This document shows positions 37,201-50,500 of a DNA stretch of 64,000 nucleotides, one piece after another; the stretch's first letter is position 1; the number at the start of each line of letters is the position of its first letter. Where the stretch lies: NCBI GenBank assembly GCA_951406725.2, contig OX597822.1:90396001-90460000 (forward strand), written 5' to 3'. The notes beneath the pieces are model-generated. The model ran no database searches and was not told where the DNA came from. It saw nothing but the letters and a program-made list of their open reading frames with translations. The DNA comes from Octopus vulgaris. Lineage: Eukaryota. The translations under genes were made by a program, and so were the position numbers.

Positions 37201-39455
37201 GTTGGATAGAATCTACACTACTTTTGCAGCTAGAACTCATAAATACAGTACTAGCACTAGTTGGAGACATACATTTCCAGTTGCATAATGTTTTTAAACT
37301 ATCATGAAAGAAACTTTTCTTGTAAAATATGATAGTCTTCTTGTCAAAGAGATCTTTGGCAGTTTTGCTGAATCTTAACAGCTACTTACCAATAAAAATG
37401 CTTCTGTTAGTAGTATCTCTGCATCAAAACCACACTATTCTGCATTTAATTTAACTCTCCATTGATATACACGAATGTTTTATGCAATGCATATCATCAT
37501 AATCACTAAGTACTACCTTCAATCACAAACCTTAAGTAATAAAAGATTATGAGTTTGAAAAATCTGAGAATTTGTATTTGCTATTTTGGACATCACCTAA
37601 ACTTACACCTTTGGTTTGCATGATAAGTTTTTGGCAAATCTTCTTGGTTATAGATTTGTCTGGTTTGGGAGCTTTTTTATTTTTATTCATTTTCAGCAAG
37701 TACAGTGAAGAATTCCGGGTAGAGGTAGTGGTCCACCAAGAATCAATCCTCAGCCCCCTCTTATTCATCATTGTCCTTCAGGCAATAACAGAGGAATTCA
37801 AGACAGGATGCCCCTAGGAGCTTCTCTATGCTGATGACCTTGCTCTAATTGCTGAGTCATTATCAGAACTAGAGAAGTTTCAGGTGTGGAAGCAAGGTCT
37901 AGAATCAAAGGGCCTTTGAGTCAATGTAACAAAAACTAAAGTCTTAATAAGTAGGAAGGCAGACAAACCACAAATCCTTTTAGGTAGATGGCCCTGCTCG
38001 ATCTATAGAAAAGGTGTAGGTAGAAACTCCATAAGATGTACCCAGTGTAAGCTATGGACACATAAGAGGTGCAGCAATATCTTAAAATTTTTGTTACTGT
38101 ATTTATTTTGAGATGCTCTGTTTTTCTTTCAGCTACTTTAAATATAACAAAGAATTTAGTAAAATAACTTAGTTATCACTCAACTAGTGTTAGGAACATA
38201 ACTTGTGACTAAGGCTTGGTGGAAGATTTTAATTCAAAACTTGTGAAAACAAGACATTTGTACTCAGAGCCAGAGCCGGTTTCATACAGGTTGGTAATGA
38301 AAGGGTTAATCAGTTTGCATGTTGAATCAGTTCTGACATGGGTTAGCCAGTTTTCAAGTAGCACATGAAACATGTATGATAATTTGAGGGTTTATAAAAT
38401 TTATATGAATCATTATATTCTTATTTTTTTTTATTGATTTTTCTTTTAATTTTTTTTTCTTCATTTTCCATGTTTTGCAGGTATCCAAAATCATAAATTA
38501 GCTATCCTCATGGATAAGCTTCGTAACCGGGGGCCATTACAGCGGTCTTGGAATGAAAGTATTAAAGCTATCCGTGTAGCTATGGCTGTAAGTTAATTGT
38601 ATATAACATTTTAATTTTTAAAATCATACGTGTTTGAATTCAAAAGGAATGAGTAACTATTTCACTCTTTTGGTCCTTATTTTTAGAAGTTTTATGAATG
38701 TTATTACAGATGCTGCACTGTCATCATTATCATCATGATTGTTATACTTACTGGAGGCCTGTGGCAACTGGGTTTGATATTGTCTCAGTTATGGAATGAA
38801 GAGGAATGGCGTTTACACTGGTAGACTGAAGCTCCTCTTAATATTTGGTCATGGGGAGGGCATTTAGCTACGAAGAATGATGAGGTATGACCGGTTGATA
38901 GACTAATGGCAGCTGGGCCTGCTTTAAGTCGGTTGGTTTTAAGGGAGGGCAGTGCTAGTTAAGCCACTTGTGCTAATCTGTTTCAATACTAAAAATTATC
39001 TTAAATTATCTTTTCTGTGAAACTTTGTAACTCTTGTCATCCAGACTGATTCCATTTTCCTATTGGTAAATAGTGATAAGATGACAAACAAATTGGGTGG
39101 TAAATAAAATATTGTGCAGAAAGATACTAGGATTGAAATTAGAGAGATTGATACAATCAATTGAAGGCCAAAAGGAAATTATATTCAATTAATAACCTAG
39201 CTTCACTGAATAAAACATTTTATGGTTTTTAAGAAGGTATGTTTTTTTTTTTTATTATTAAGTGTAATTTGTCACACACAACAAATTACACTTGTTAGTA
39301 AAACTACCAATACAATTGCTTCCCAACTACATGATTCCAGGTTCAGTCCCACTGCGTGGCACCTTGGGCAAGTGTCTTCTACTCTAGCCTCGGGCTGACC
39401 AAAGCCTTATGTGTGGATTTGGTAGGCAGAAACTGAAAGAAGCCCACTGTGTGTT

Positions 39456-39515
<60 letters not shown>

Positions 39516-42500
39516 TATGTGTGGCTTTGTGTCTGTTTGTCTTTCCCCCCCCCCACCATCACTTGACAACTGATGTTGGTGTGTGTATGTCCCTGTAACT
39601 TAGCAGTTCAGCAAAAGACACTGATAGAATAAGTACTAAGCTTACAAAGAATATGTCCTGGGGGCGATTTCTTCGACTAAAATCCTTTAGGATAGTGCTC
39701 CAGCATGGCTGCAGTCAAATGACTGAAACATGTAAAAGAATACTGAATTTTCAAAAAGTAAATTTGTGTCTTTTGCATCTACATACACACATAATTTAAA
39801 ATATGTGAATGTTATATGTAGAAGTGTTCCACTCTCAATCAGTGGTGCTGTACCCTAGCATTTAATATTCAAATTTTAATTTTAGCTGCAATATTTTAAG
39901 TAAAAAGCAAGAGGGTGTATATTAGATGTCTTTAAAAAATCTTCCCCTGCCATAGTGTGAACATAAAGAGTTAATCAATTTTTTAAACTTTCACCTTATT
40001 AAATCTATCCTTATTAACTTTATTTTAAATATGATTTTTCTTTCTATAATTCACAAATTCAGTGCCATTTTCACTGTTATTGCATTTCTGAGGTTTTTCC
40101 TCCAGGTTAGCTCTGATAGAGCAGATCTATGAACAAAGGCACTCTTGCTATGACCATTCCACCTCTTTATTTTGGACTAGATTATCCAATATATTTTAAT
40201 TTAAAGAGATGGTAGGGTATGTTTTGAAATCTGGTTGGATCATTATAGAGCAAAATTATTTCAATTTTACTGTAGATGTTTTAGAATTGACATTAATTTC
40301 TTTCTTTTTTTTTCTTTTCTTTTTTTCATATTCTAGCATGACAGCAAAGATTGAATATTATATTAGTTTTAATACATGTGTTTCAGTATATGAAGATAGA
40401 ATAGTTGGACATGCTTTGATATACAGGTTTCAAAAGTTATGATCAGGTTTAGTGAAGTTTAATGTGTGCAAATACAGACAAATGGAAGAAAATGATGCTG
40501 CTGAACCTATACAATATCATTATTGGCGATTTTTAACCCTTTTACTGCAAAATTAAATTTCATGCTTATTCCAGTAATGATGTTAAATATCTACCAAAAA
40601 ATACAATTGGTATTTTCGGCAAGTTACATTTTCTAGGTAGACTTGACTTATTTGAACAAAAAATAGGTTGGTGTATAAAACTGTTTTCCACAGTTAAGAG
40701 TAATGAAATTTTGGGTGGATATATCTGATTTCTACTGTTAAAGAGTTAAATGTTTTCTTCAGAGATAGGTAATAAGACATGATTTCTTTATCTAAATTCA
40801 AAGATTTGCCTATAATTATGTTTTTTCCAGGGATTTATACTGTCTCATATCCTGTAGATATATTTAGCCTTTATGCTGTTTCACTTTATACCTGTTCTGT
40901 AGTAAAATTAAGATTTAAAAAAAAAAAAATTCTCAACTTTAATTTGGAATTTCTTGTAGGACAAACGTCACCAATCAGATGCAGTGGATCGTCCCCAGTT
41001 ACAGAGGTGGTTGGACACCTTACAGAAAGCAATGAAAGGTAACCTACTTTAAATTATATTACTTTCTTGCCTTTTACAGCTGCTAATTTCATATTGTTAG
41101 AAAATAAATTCACTTCTATTCTATTTACTAACTTGTATATTAATATCATTGTTAAATATTTGTCTTTTTACACTAGTAATGTTTTATTGGAATTTCAAAA
41201 TAGCACAACTGCAGCCACCATCATGTTAGTGAAACTCTGTTATAAGTCTTAAGCAACCAGTACTTCACCAATCTTTTGTCTATCTAATGGTACTTTTCTG
41301 CATCAACTTAGAGCACTTTTTCATCTATATACCTGTACCATTATAGCTGATTCTCATGCTCATATTGACGAATGTTTTCACTATATGGTAATTTTCTCAA
41401 AAAAGTTATATATATATGTTTATATATATTTATATATATATATATATATATGTGTGTACAAGTATGTGTATACACGTGTATATGTGTATCTTGTCTGTGC
41501 TTTAGCAAAGCATTACTGATGGTGACATTCTTTGTTGACAGTAGGACTGGCTACTTTGTGCTTTCAATAAAGAAAGTTTATATTTGATATACATGTCAGT
41601 TTTGGCAGCAAACGGAGCATCTGTACACAAGAAAATGATGCTGCAAATAACATTTTTGTTCAAACTCATACTAGCATGGACACATAGATACACAGATGAT
41701 TTTGTATTAGTTGACCTATCTTGCCAAGCATCTTTGTTTCTACCTTCCTTTTTTTACTCTAGGTAATCTAAAAATTGATTTTGCTATTTTGTGTATATTC
41801 CTAAAGTTTACTCTGTAATTATATGTTGTTTAATTATATATTGTAGTGCTTTCTCAGTTAAATCTTGTGGAACAATTGGAAGCGGTTGCCCGGCAAGTTG
41901 GATTAAGTTTTACTCCACCCAGTGGACCCGAATCACAGTTGTTTGTTGGTTCTGATATGTTTTATATCCAAGTAGCAATGGACAAAACTGGCATGGCTAA
42001 GGATGTTAAGATAGCTCACCAAGGAGAACCAAAAGTAAGTGTGTTTCTTATATGTGTGGGGTTCCCCACCCCCATTTCTTTTTATCAAAAATAGTAATAT
42101 TCATTTATATATAGATTCTAATTTTTTTGTTATATATAATCAGAATGGGTAGAAAAATATCAATGATTTCTGGAAAAAGATAGAGTTGTATTAACAATGC
42201 AACACTAGAAATGTTCATGTGATTTTTTTTTCTTTTTAATATATAAGAAGTAATTACTTCATGGAATGTATGTGAGCATATTTTGTGGCTATGATATGAA
42301 GAGCATATCCTCTTTTTATGAATTCTCATTGTAAATGTTAGAAAATTGGTGCGTGGAAAAACCAAAGCCCAGAACTGCCTGAGCGGTGTCAGTATATTGA
42401 AATAAGTTCATTACGTTTGTTTAAGATTGGTGTAGGTTAGTGAATAGTATTAAGTTTCTCTGACAAATATCACAGTACATCAATCAGTTCTCAAATGCAG

Positions 42501-45500
42501 GTGTTTTGGCTAGTGTCACACAAGTAATAGTGGTGGTTTGTTTTATCTTTTATTCAGCAAATTTATTTTTAAAATGTGGTGTTCTCAAGTGTCAATGATT
42601 TATGAACTTTTCTTGTGACATAGAGTACTTGTGAACAAGTCTCCTTTGAATACAGCAGATCTTACCAATCCATTTTTAGTACAGATCACCGCTTGGTAAA
42701 GAAGGCTTTTTCCTTTAACAGAGGATAATGCAAACTTGGTCCATGGCATTGTAAATTCATAAGTGCATGGGGTTTTGGATATGGCTAAGATAAGGAAAAA
42801 ATTATGCAAAATATTTAGCCAACTGAACCTAAGAACTACAATTAACACTAACTTTAAAGAAGTTAATTTACTAGACATTAATATGAATTGTAGTACAGGC
42901 GAATTTAAACCCTACCATAAGCCAAATGAGGATACCCCCCGATATTGACATAGGCTCTAACCACCCACCATCAATAATCAAACAATTTGTTAATAGCGTT
43001 AGTATGTAAGTTTCCAACTTATCCACTGATAAAGCTACACTCAAAAAGCTTCTCCATGCTACAATGCTGCATTAGAAAGGTTCAGTTTAAGAGTAATATA
43101 ACCTATATTGAATCAAATGTAGATAAACCAAGAAGATGTAGACAGACGAAAATTTTATGGTACAATCCCCCATAGAATATGAATGTAGCCACTTATACAG
43201 TTAGAAAATTCCTGACACTCATAGATTATCACTTCCCTCACTCACATAAATACCACAAGATCTTCAGTAGAAATATGGTCAAATCTACATAGTTGCCTCT
43301 CCAACATAGGGTTGATCATTTTTAACTACAGTAGTAATAACATCATTGGGAACATCCACAAAGATCCTGTAATTGTAGATCTTTAGACTGCTGTATCCTG
43401 AACAATAGGTGCCTGGTAAAAGAATTAGTGTACAAGGCCAGCATTATGGATTTGATTGGAACAAAAGACATTCAATATCTTTATCCAATATGATATGGAC
43501 ACTTAAAGAGAGGAATGTGAGCAAACTTCATATATACTCAAACATAGCTAAGGCCAGCAAAAACAGGGGACGGGGAGGCAAATGCAAGCCCTGTATTATC
43601 AAAAAACTAAATATCATAACATCAACAGTGAACATTTTAAATATTAGGGAGGAAACCTTCTCCCCCTGCATGCACAAGCAACAATTCACATTTTGAAATT
43701 TCAAGTATGATCTCCTACCCACTTGGCTACCTCTCCAACCTAGATAAGTTTTTTTTATCTCTGGCCATGAATCATAGCATTATTTGAACATTATGACACA
43801 TGCCCACATAAACTTATATTGGATTCGCTCATTACACAAACATGTGCACTGTATACATTCATGTCATCACAAGATTCACTGAATACATACACACACACAT
43901 GTTTTTGGTTGAATAATAGAAAACTTACTGAAAATGCACTCTTTATTTTAATGTGTAAATGCTGTAGTGAAATATATTTAATGACCACAGATTATATAAC
44001 ATCTAGTAAACGATATAGCTGGTGCAGCCACCAAAAGTACCTGCCTTTGATTTAAAAGCATATATCACTACTTTAGAATTAGAAATTTCTCTCTTTTAAA
44101 ACAAAATATTATTTTGCTTTTATTTCAGAGCTGTCAAGACCTTCAGGAAGTTCTCAGGTAAGATGTCTTCTTTTTTCCTGTTTTATACCAATTTGTTTGA
44201 ATTATTTTTGGTGGAACAAAATGTATTTCGTCTAGATACATTTCAGCTTCTAGAGTTCTTTATAGAAAGATGCGTAAAAGTAATGCCAAATATAAATATA
44301 TATAAATGATGAAATGTGTTGATAGATTATTGACTTATTCTAGCATTTATTATTGTTATTCATTTATCTATTTTATCACAGTTTGGTTAACTGCATACTG
44401 TGGGTTATAGCAATAGTTGAAGTTAAGAATGTAATGTTGAATTCTGTTTCTCTCTATAATGCTCTTTATAATAATAATAATAATAATTATTATTGTTATT
44501 CATCTAGCGGTACATTATGGCAAAGTTAAAAGATCCAATTATTCAATTCGGTTTACTCTTGCTCTCATCCTATTTCTGGACTCTCTCTCTCTCTCTTTGT
44601 TAACCACTGACTTTTACCATGTCGACTGTTGACTAGTAGCTTACTTCGTTTTTAAACGTTTCAGAGAGGAAGTAGGAAAGAAAGAGAGAGTGAAAGAGAC
44701 AGTGAGTGGTGACGGCGTTCAATTTGTGTTTTTAAATGTTTCAGAGAGGACGTATGAGAGAAAGAGAGTGAAAGAGACAGTGGGTGGTGATGGCATTCAG
44801 TTTGTGCTTTTAAATGTTTATCACATCACAAGAGAAGTAGATACATAGACACATACACATATTGTTAAATCAAAAGCAGGAGAGAAGAGGGACACAAAGG
44901 AAGTGAAAGAGAAAGAGAGAAAGACAGTAGATACATAAATCCAAAGAAAAGTTCTTACATAGATACATAGACACAACAAATATTGGCTGTCAATTTCACT
45001 TTCCATTACCACACGAGGATAAAATTAACTCACAAATGGCTGATTACTCCACAGACATGCATAACATTAATGTAGTTCTTAGGGATTTTCAGCCTCACAC
45101 AGAATATGACAAGGCTGGCCCCTTTGAATTACAGCTACAACTCGAGACATATATATATGAATGTATTTGTGTGTGTGTGTATAGTTTAGGTTAGTTAAAA
45201 CATGTTTGCAATAATAAGTGTCGCGTGCTTAGCAGTTGAGTCATTTCTTTTACTGAGTTTGTCGAGTAGGAAGAGGTTACATTCTGGTTACAGTTAGGAG
45301 TTGTGTGGTGTTTTTAAACGTTTTTATGTTTTTCTTTTATAATTATAGTTATGATGGTAAATTTGTGTTGTGATTGTTTCAAAGCAACTGTAGTTTATTT
45401 TCATGTTATTCTTATCAAATAACATATTTATAGCTAGTGGGATTGTCAAACATAATCTTAAGTTTGTGAATTGTTACTTTATTCTATATGTACTTTTAAA

Positions 45501-47468
45501 TGCTTATATATTTGTGTTGCCAGCCATTTTTCACTCTTTATGTCCCTGTAATTGTTTCAGTGACAAATTCTTGAGTGAAATTAAATTATTTTGATAAATA
45601 TTATTTTGTAAACTTAAGTAAATATTTACAAAATATTGTAAAAATTATGGAAGTCATACAACATAAAAATGTGCTTTTCTTTGCTGCTTTATGTTTTTTA
45701 GCCGAGGTGATTTCAGTGAATTTACTTCTCATTTGGAAGGTTTATGTCAAATCTACAATATATCTGGTGACAAGTAAGTTGAAATGTTTATTTTATAAGT
45801 TATTTTGTTTTGATGCTATAAATTTATTTATAATGTTAGTTAACAACCTATACATTTAAACTGGCCATCTTAGATTTATTGAATATTCCAGAATCACTGG
45901 ATTTGTTAAACTTAATGAGTACAGTATCCTACAATAACTATAATGTTTTGTTTCCAATAACCTATAGAATATTCCCTCTTTAGTTCTGTTCGCTTTTTAT
46001 TTTTAGCATTATGTGTTAATGTGTATATGAACATTGTTCAATTGGGTGGAAACAGTGGTACCTTATTTTAATTTTTTTTTTTATTTATGGAAATATCAGA
46101 AAGCTGAGTAAACTTTGTATTGAACTTGCAGAATATGTCGATGTGCATGTAGTAATCAGATGAACAAAATAATATCTCATTTTTTCATGGAACATGTATT
46201 GTGTAGTTGATAGTAATCATCACTGATGTGAAAAGAATGGCACCTAGTAGCTGTTAAGATTTCAGTTCCTACAAGCATGTTCTATGGCCCAAACAACTCC
46301 AAATGTTTATCAAAAAATTTATGCACATGGTTACTGGTTGATGTTTTCAAAACTCTTCTTAATTTTAAAGTGTTAAAAACTTCCATAATATGTTGGTGGC
46401 TAAAAATTTTCTTCTAATTTTAGGAAACAGAAAACCAAAACCTTTCTTGCGCTTCAGTCTTTGGAATGTGATTTAAGCATGCTTGCACAACTACAGAGGT
46501 AGGATTTTATTCTTATGAAAACCTCTAAGAATTTTCTAGTTTGGCTAAATTCTATTTGCATTTATTTCAACAAAGATGTTCTTCCATGAAAGAAGATTTA
46601 TTTCTTGGAATATTTATTTCTATTGGAAATTTCTATGCAGAAAGTATTTCTAACTGAAACACTTATTATGCATAAAAGAAAAGTGTCTACATATATAAGT
46701 ATGTCTAGTTGAAGAAATGTTAGAATTTGATGCCAGTGTGTTTTAAAAGATAAGAGTGTGTGTGTGTGTGTGTGTGTACATATCTGCACATCTATGTGTG
46801 TTTTGTATGTGTGTGTGTGCGCGCGTGCATGACACATATGCACACTCGAGTGAATGGGGATTTTGGCTCATTCAGATGTATTTACTAATCATAAGTAAAG
46901 TAAATATATAAAATTGGTTTCAAATTTTGGCACAATGACACCAGTTCCAGGGGAAGGGTCAGTTGTACATTGATCCCGGTATTAATAAAAGGGGAAGTAG
47001 ACCTCAGCCGAATTTGAACTCAGAACCTTTTTATCATTAATTAAAAAAATCTTAGGGTAGCAAAAATATTTATAGAAAAATTCTTTGTTACCAGTTGTCT
47101 AGTGAGAAGGAAAAATTAATAATAAAAGATTTTTCACTAAGTTTGAAAGAAAATCGGCAATTTATTTACTGCCGGATAGTTCCACACTTACGCGGTCGAT
47201 TCAAAAGATTATAACATATAGACACGTGGCATGTTACTTATCGCCTCGTATCTATATGTTTGATCCCTGGCATCCTACTGATGAAGCAGCGCCAGATATA
47301 AATTGGAATTATTTTATAAGATTGCAGAAACTATGCAATAGGAAAAATAGGGTAAATGTTTTTATTTTTCATTCCCTTCGAGTATTTAGCCCTAATTAGT
47401 GGTTTGGACTTTAACTGTTCTTTCTAGCGTAATGGATTCCTATGATGGATGTGTTTTAATGTACACTG

Positions 47469-47500
<32 letters not shown>

Positions 47501-50500
47501 TCTCTTTTTTTCTGTTGTCTCAGCTCAGAGCTGTGGCACTTGTTGAAGAATGGAGTTTGGTGTAGCTACTCTCATTTGCACCTCTTGCCGTGAGGTAGGT
47601 TCAACTGGGAATCTTGACAGGAGAAGGTCCAGTCTTGATTTAAAAACACCTGCATCTACTTTGTGCAGGTTCCTCTGTGCATGTAACGGATGTTTCATCC
47701 GAGAAAGTAACATTCTTCCATTGCTCTAGGCACCAATTCAGTAGGTTTTTACTCCACTCTAAACAGTTTACAACATTTGTTTTTGGAAGTAGTTGTTTTC
47801 TTATTGTAGCTTCCCATGAAATCCTGCTTTATCCAGCTCCCAGTGAGCAGTTTTTGTGGAAACTGGGTTCTCGAGGTGGTCATTAAGCTCTGCAGTTATT
47901 TTGGGAGCTGTACTTTTGTGATCCTTTCTAACAGTTCACATAAGACTGATGGTCCATTTCTGGAAGTTTTGATTTTCTTCTGGAGTTTTGTTTTGACAAG
48001 GTTTTCCCTGCTTTCTCAAAGGCTGTCATTACTTTCGAGACAGTACTTCTTGATACACCAAACATTTCAGGTGTTTTCATTACGCTAGTGCCTGCTATAG
48101 GAGCGCCAACAATTTGACCTCTTTGAAAGTGTGATAGATTTAGCATTTTAATGAATTTTAATTACGTTTTTCTCATGATATCTGAAAAGAAACAGCAATT
48201 TTAGCAAAACATTACTTTGTCCAACCCCTGTAGATACATATATATAGTTGAAATTCGCAGAAAAACAAAAGATGAAGCCAGGTGAACAAGAAGTGTCTTA
48301 GTTTGATGCTCGGGAAAGTGAAAAAGTCTTTTACATTTCAAACCTACACTCTTCATCAAAAAGGAATATGAGAAAATAAACAGAGAGAGAATAAAAAAAA
48401 AAACTTACGTTATTAGCAGTCAAGCATGTACTACGTGCTTATGTATGCGTATACATGTGTATCTATATCAGTCTGTTTGTGTGTGTATGTGCAAGTTTGA
48501 ACCTAGTGTATGTGTCATAGCTGATAGTAAAGTGTATGTGAGCTCATGTTGCTAATAGTTGATTATTGAGCATGAATGACATTCACCTCAACAATAGGAA
48601 ATGCAGATTTGATTGATAGTGTATCGTTTTGTTAATATTTTCAGTGATGTGATTTTCTGTTTTTTATTTTATTGCAGTATCATTGTGGGTGATTCTAACA
48701 TTATTTTTCGATCTCCACTTGGTATCCTGTTGCCACGTAAAGGTGGTCGCCCAATGAAGCTTATTTATTTTGTTTCTCCATATGATCTTCTTGATCGTAA
48801 AACTAAAATAAAACATCCTCTCACAATAGATGGTATGTATTCTACAGGCTTTTTTTTTTAAATTGCTTTGAATGGACTGTTCTTTTTTTATTCTTTTTTG
48901 CATAACAAAGTTTTTCTTTGTGAATTTAGTTACTAATAATAGTAAACATCTCTAAGAAAAATGAAAAAATCCCTTGGCTACTTATTGCTTATTTAATTGT
49001 GAAATTCTAAAACACAGAAATTTCAGTATAGTCATAGACATGCAACAATAAATTTGAATTAAAATTATGTATTAAGCTTGAAGTATTTCATAAGGAACTG
49101 CTATGGAACAAAATTTAAGATAAATTCTTTTTCAAGATAATTTTTTGTCTCAATTATGTGTCTACTTTGAATCCATTTTTATTCAAAACAAAGTACAATA
49201 TATTCCAATGTTAGATCAATTTATACTAGGGATAAGTAGTTTAGATTGATTTATTCAATTCATTTGCTATTTTCTCTTCTTTGATCTGTTTGTTTTAGAG
49301 TGTCTGATTGCATTTTCAATTGTTAATGTATTTTGTAGCCATCACAGAACATCAGTTGGGACAAAGTGTCACAGTATCAATTGAACACAGTTCCCTGAAT
49401 CGCTTGCAAACAATGCCTTTGATGACAGTTGTGAAAAACCAAGATGGTAAAAGGTAATGTATGATTACTCTGTCAAATGTAATTCTTATCTATTCCCATT
49501 GGTTTGGCTTGATCAGACTCGGTATTATTTTGTAACTTTAATTTTTTACATATAGACTTGAAATTTTATTAGAAGGTGGGTACTTAAATACCAAGGATTT
49601 ACAGTTATTTTTACCTGGGTGTTTTATCTATGGACAAGTGAAATTAGTTAATTGGTTTGAAAACTATAACTTTACAGTAAACATGAAAATGGAACCTTTT
49701 ATGTGTTTTACCTGTTTGTTTTGTTACTAAAATTAATCCCAGATATTGACTTCCAACAATTTGCCACTTTTTCTAAGCAGGTATATTAGTGTTAATTGAA
49801 ATGCAAGGATAATCAGTACAAGATGTTATTCTTTCTCTGTATTTCATTAATTTTAATTGAAAATAAAGAATAAAACTCTTTCATTAGTCAATATAATATT
49901 TGCAATTTATAAAGTACATTTATATAAAAGAATGTGTCCAATAATATAGGCTTGTATGTGAGACACAGGTGAATACAAGTGTGTAACATACTGAAAATTA
50001 ATATATATTTCCCATTTTCACATATTATTTGTACTTAAAGGTGTAGAATATATAAAAATGGCATTTCTGTCAATCTAGAAAGTATTTTTATGCTATACTC
50101 CTGTCAAGAAATTGTCCTGGTACAAAGCCACTTCCTACAGTACCACCCTTCCCGCAAAAGACCGTTGTCTTGCAAGGTACTTGGTGACCTCAGTGGTGCG
50201 GGTGCCATGTAAAAAGCACCCAGTCCACACTGTAAAGTGGTTGGCATTGGGAAGCGCATCCAGTCCTAAAAGCCATACCAAAGCAGACAGTGGACTTGCT
50301 GTCAAACTGTCCCACCCATGCCAGCATGGAAGACAGATATTAAACGTTAATGATGATTGTATTCTGTGTAGCTCTCAGAGAAAAGCTTTTAGTATTTTGA
50401 CAATAAATTACAAGTGGAAAGAAAAATCTCATTTAATTTCCTTTTTACTACAGTCTATTTTACAGCAGTCTTGATGAAATGCAATATAGATTCAGTATTT

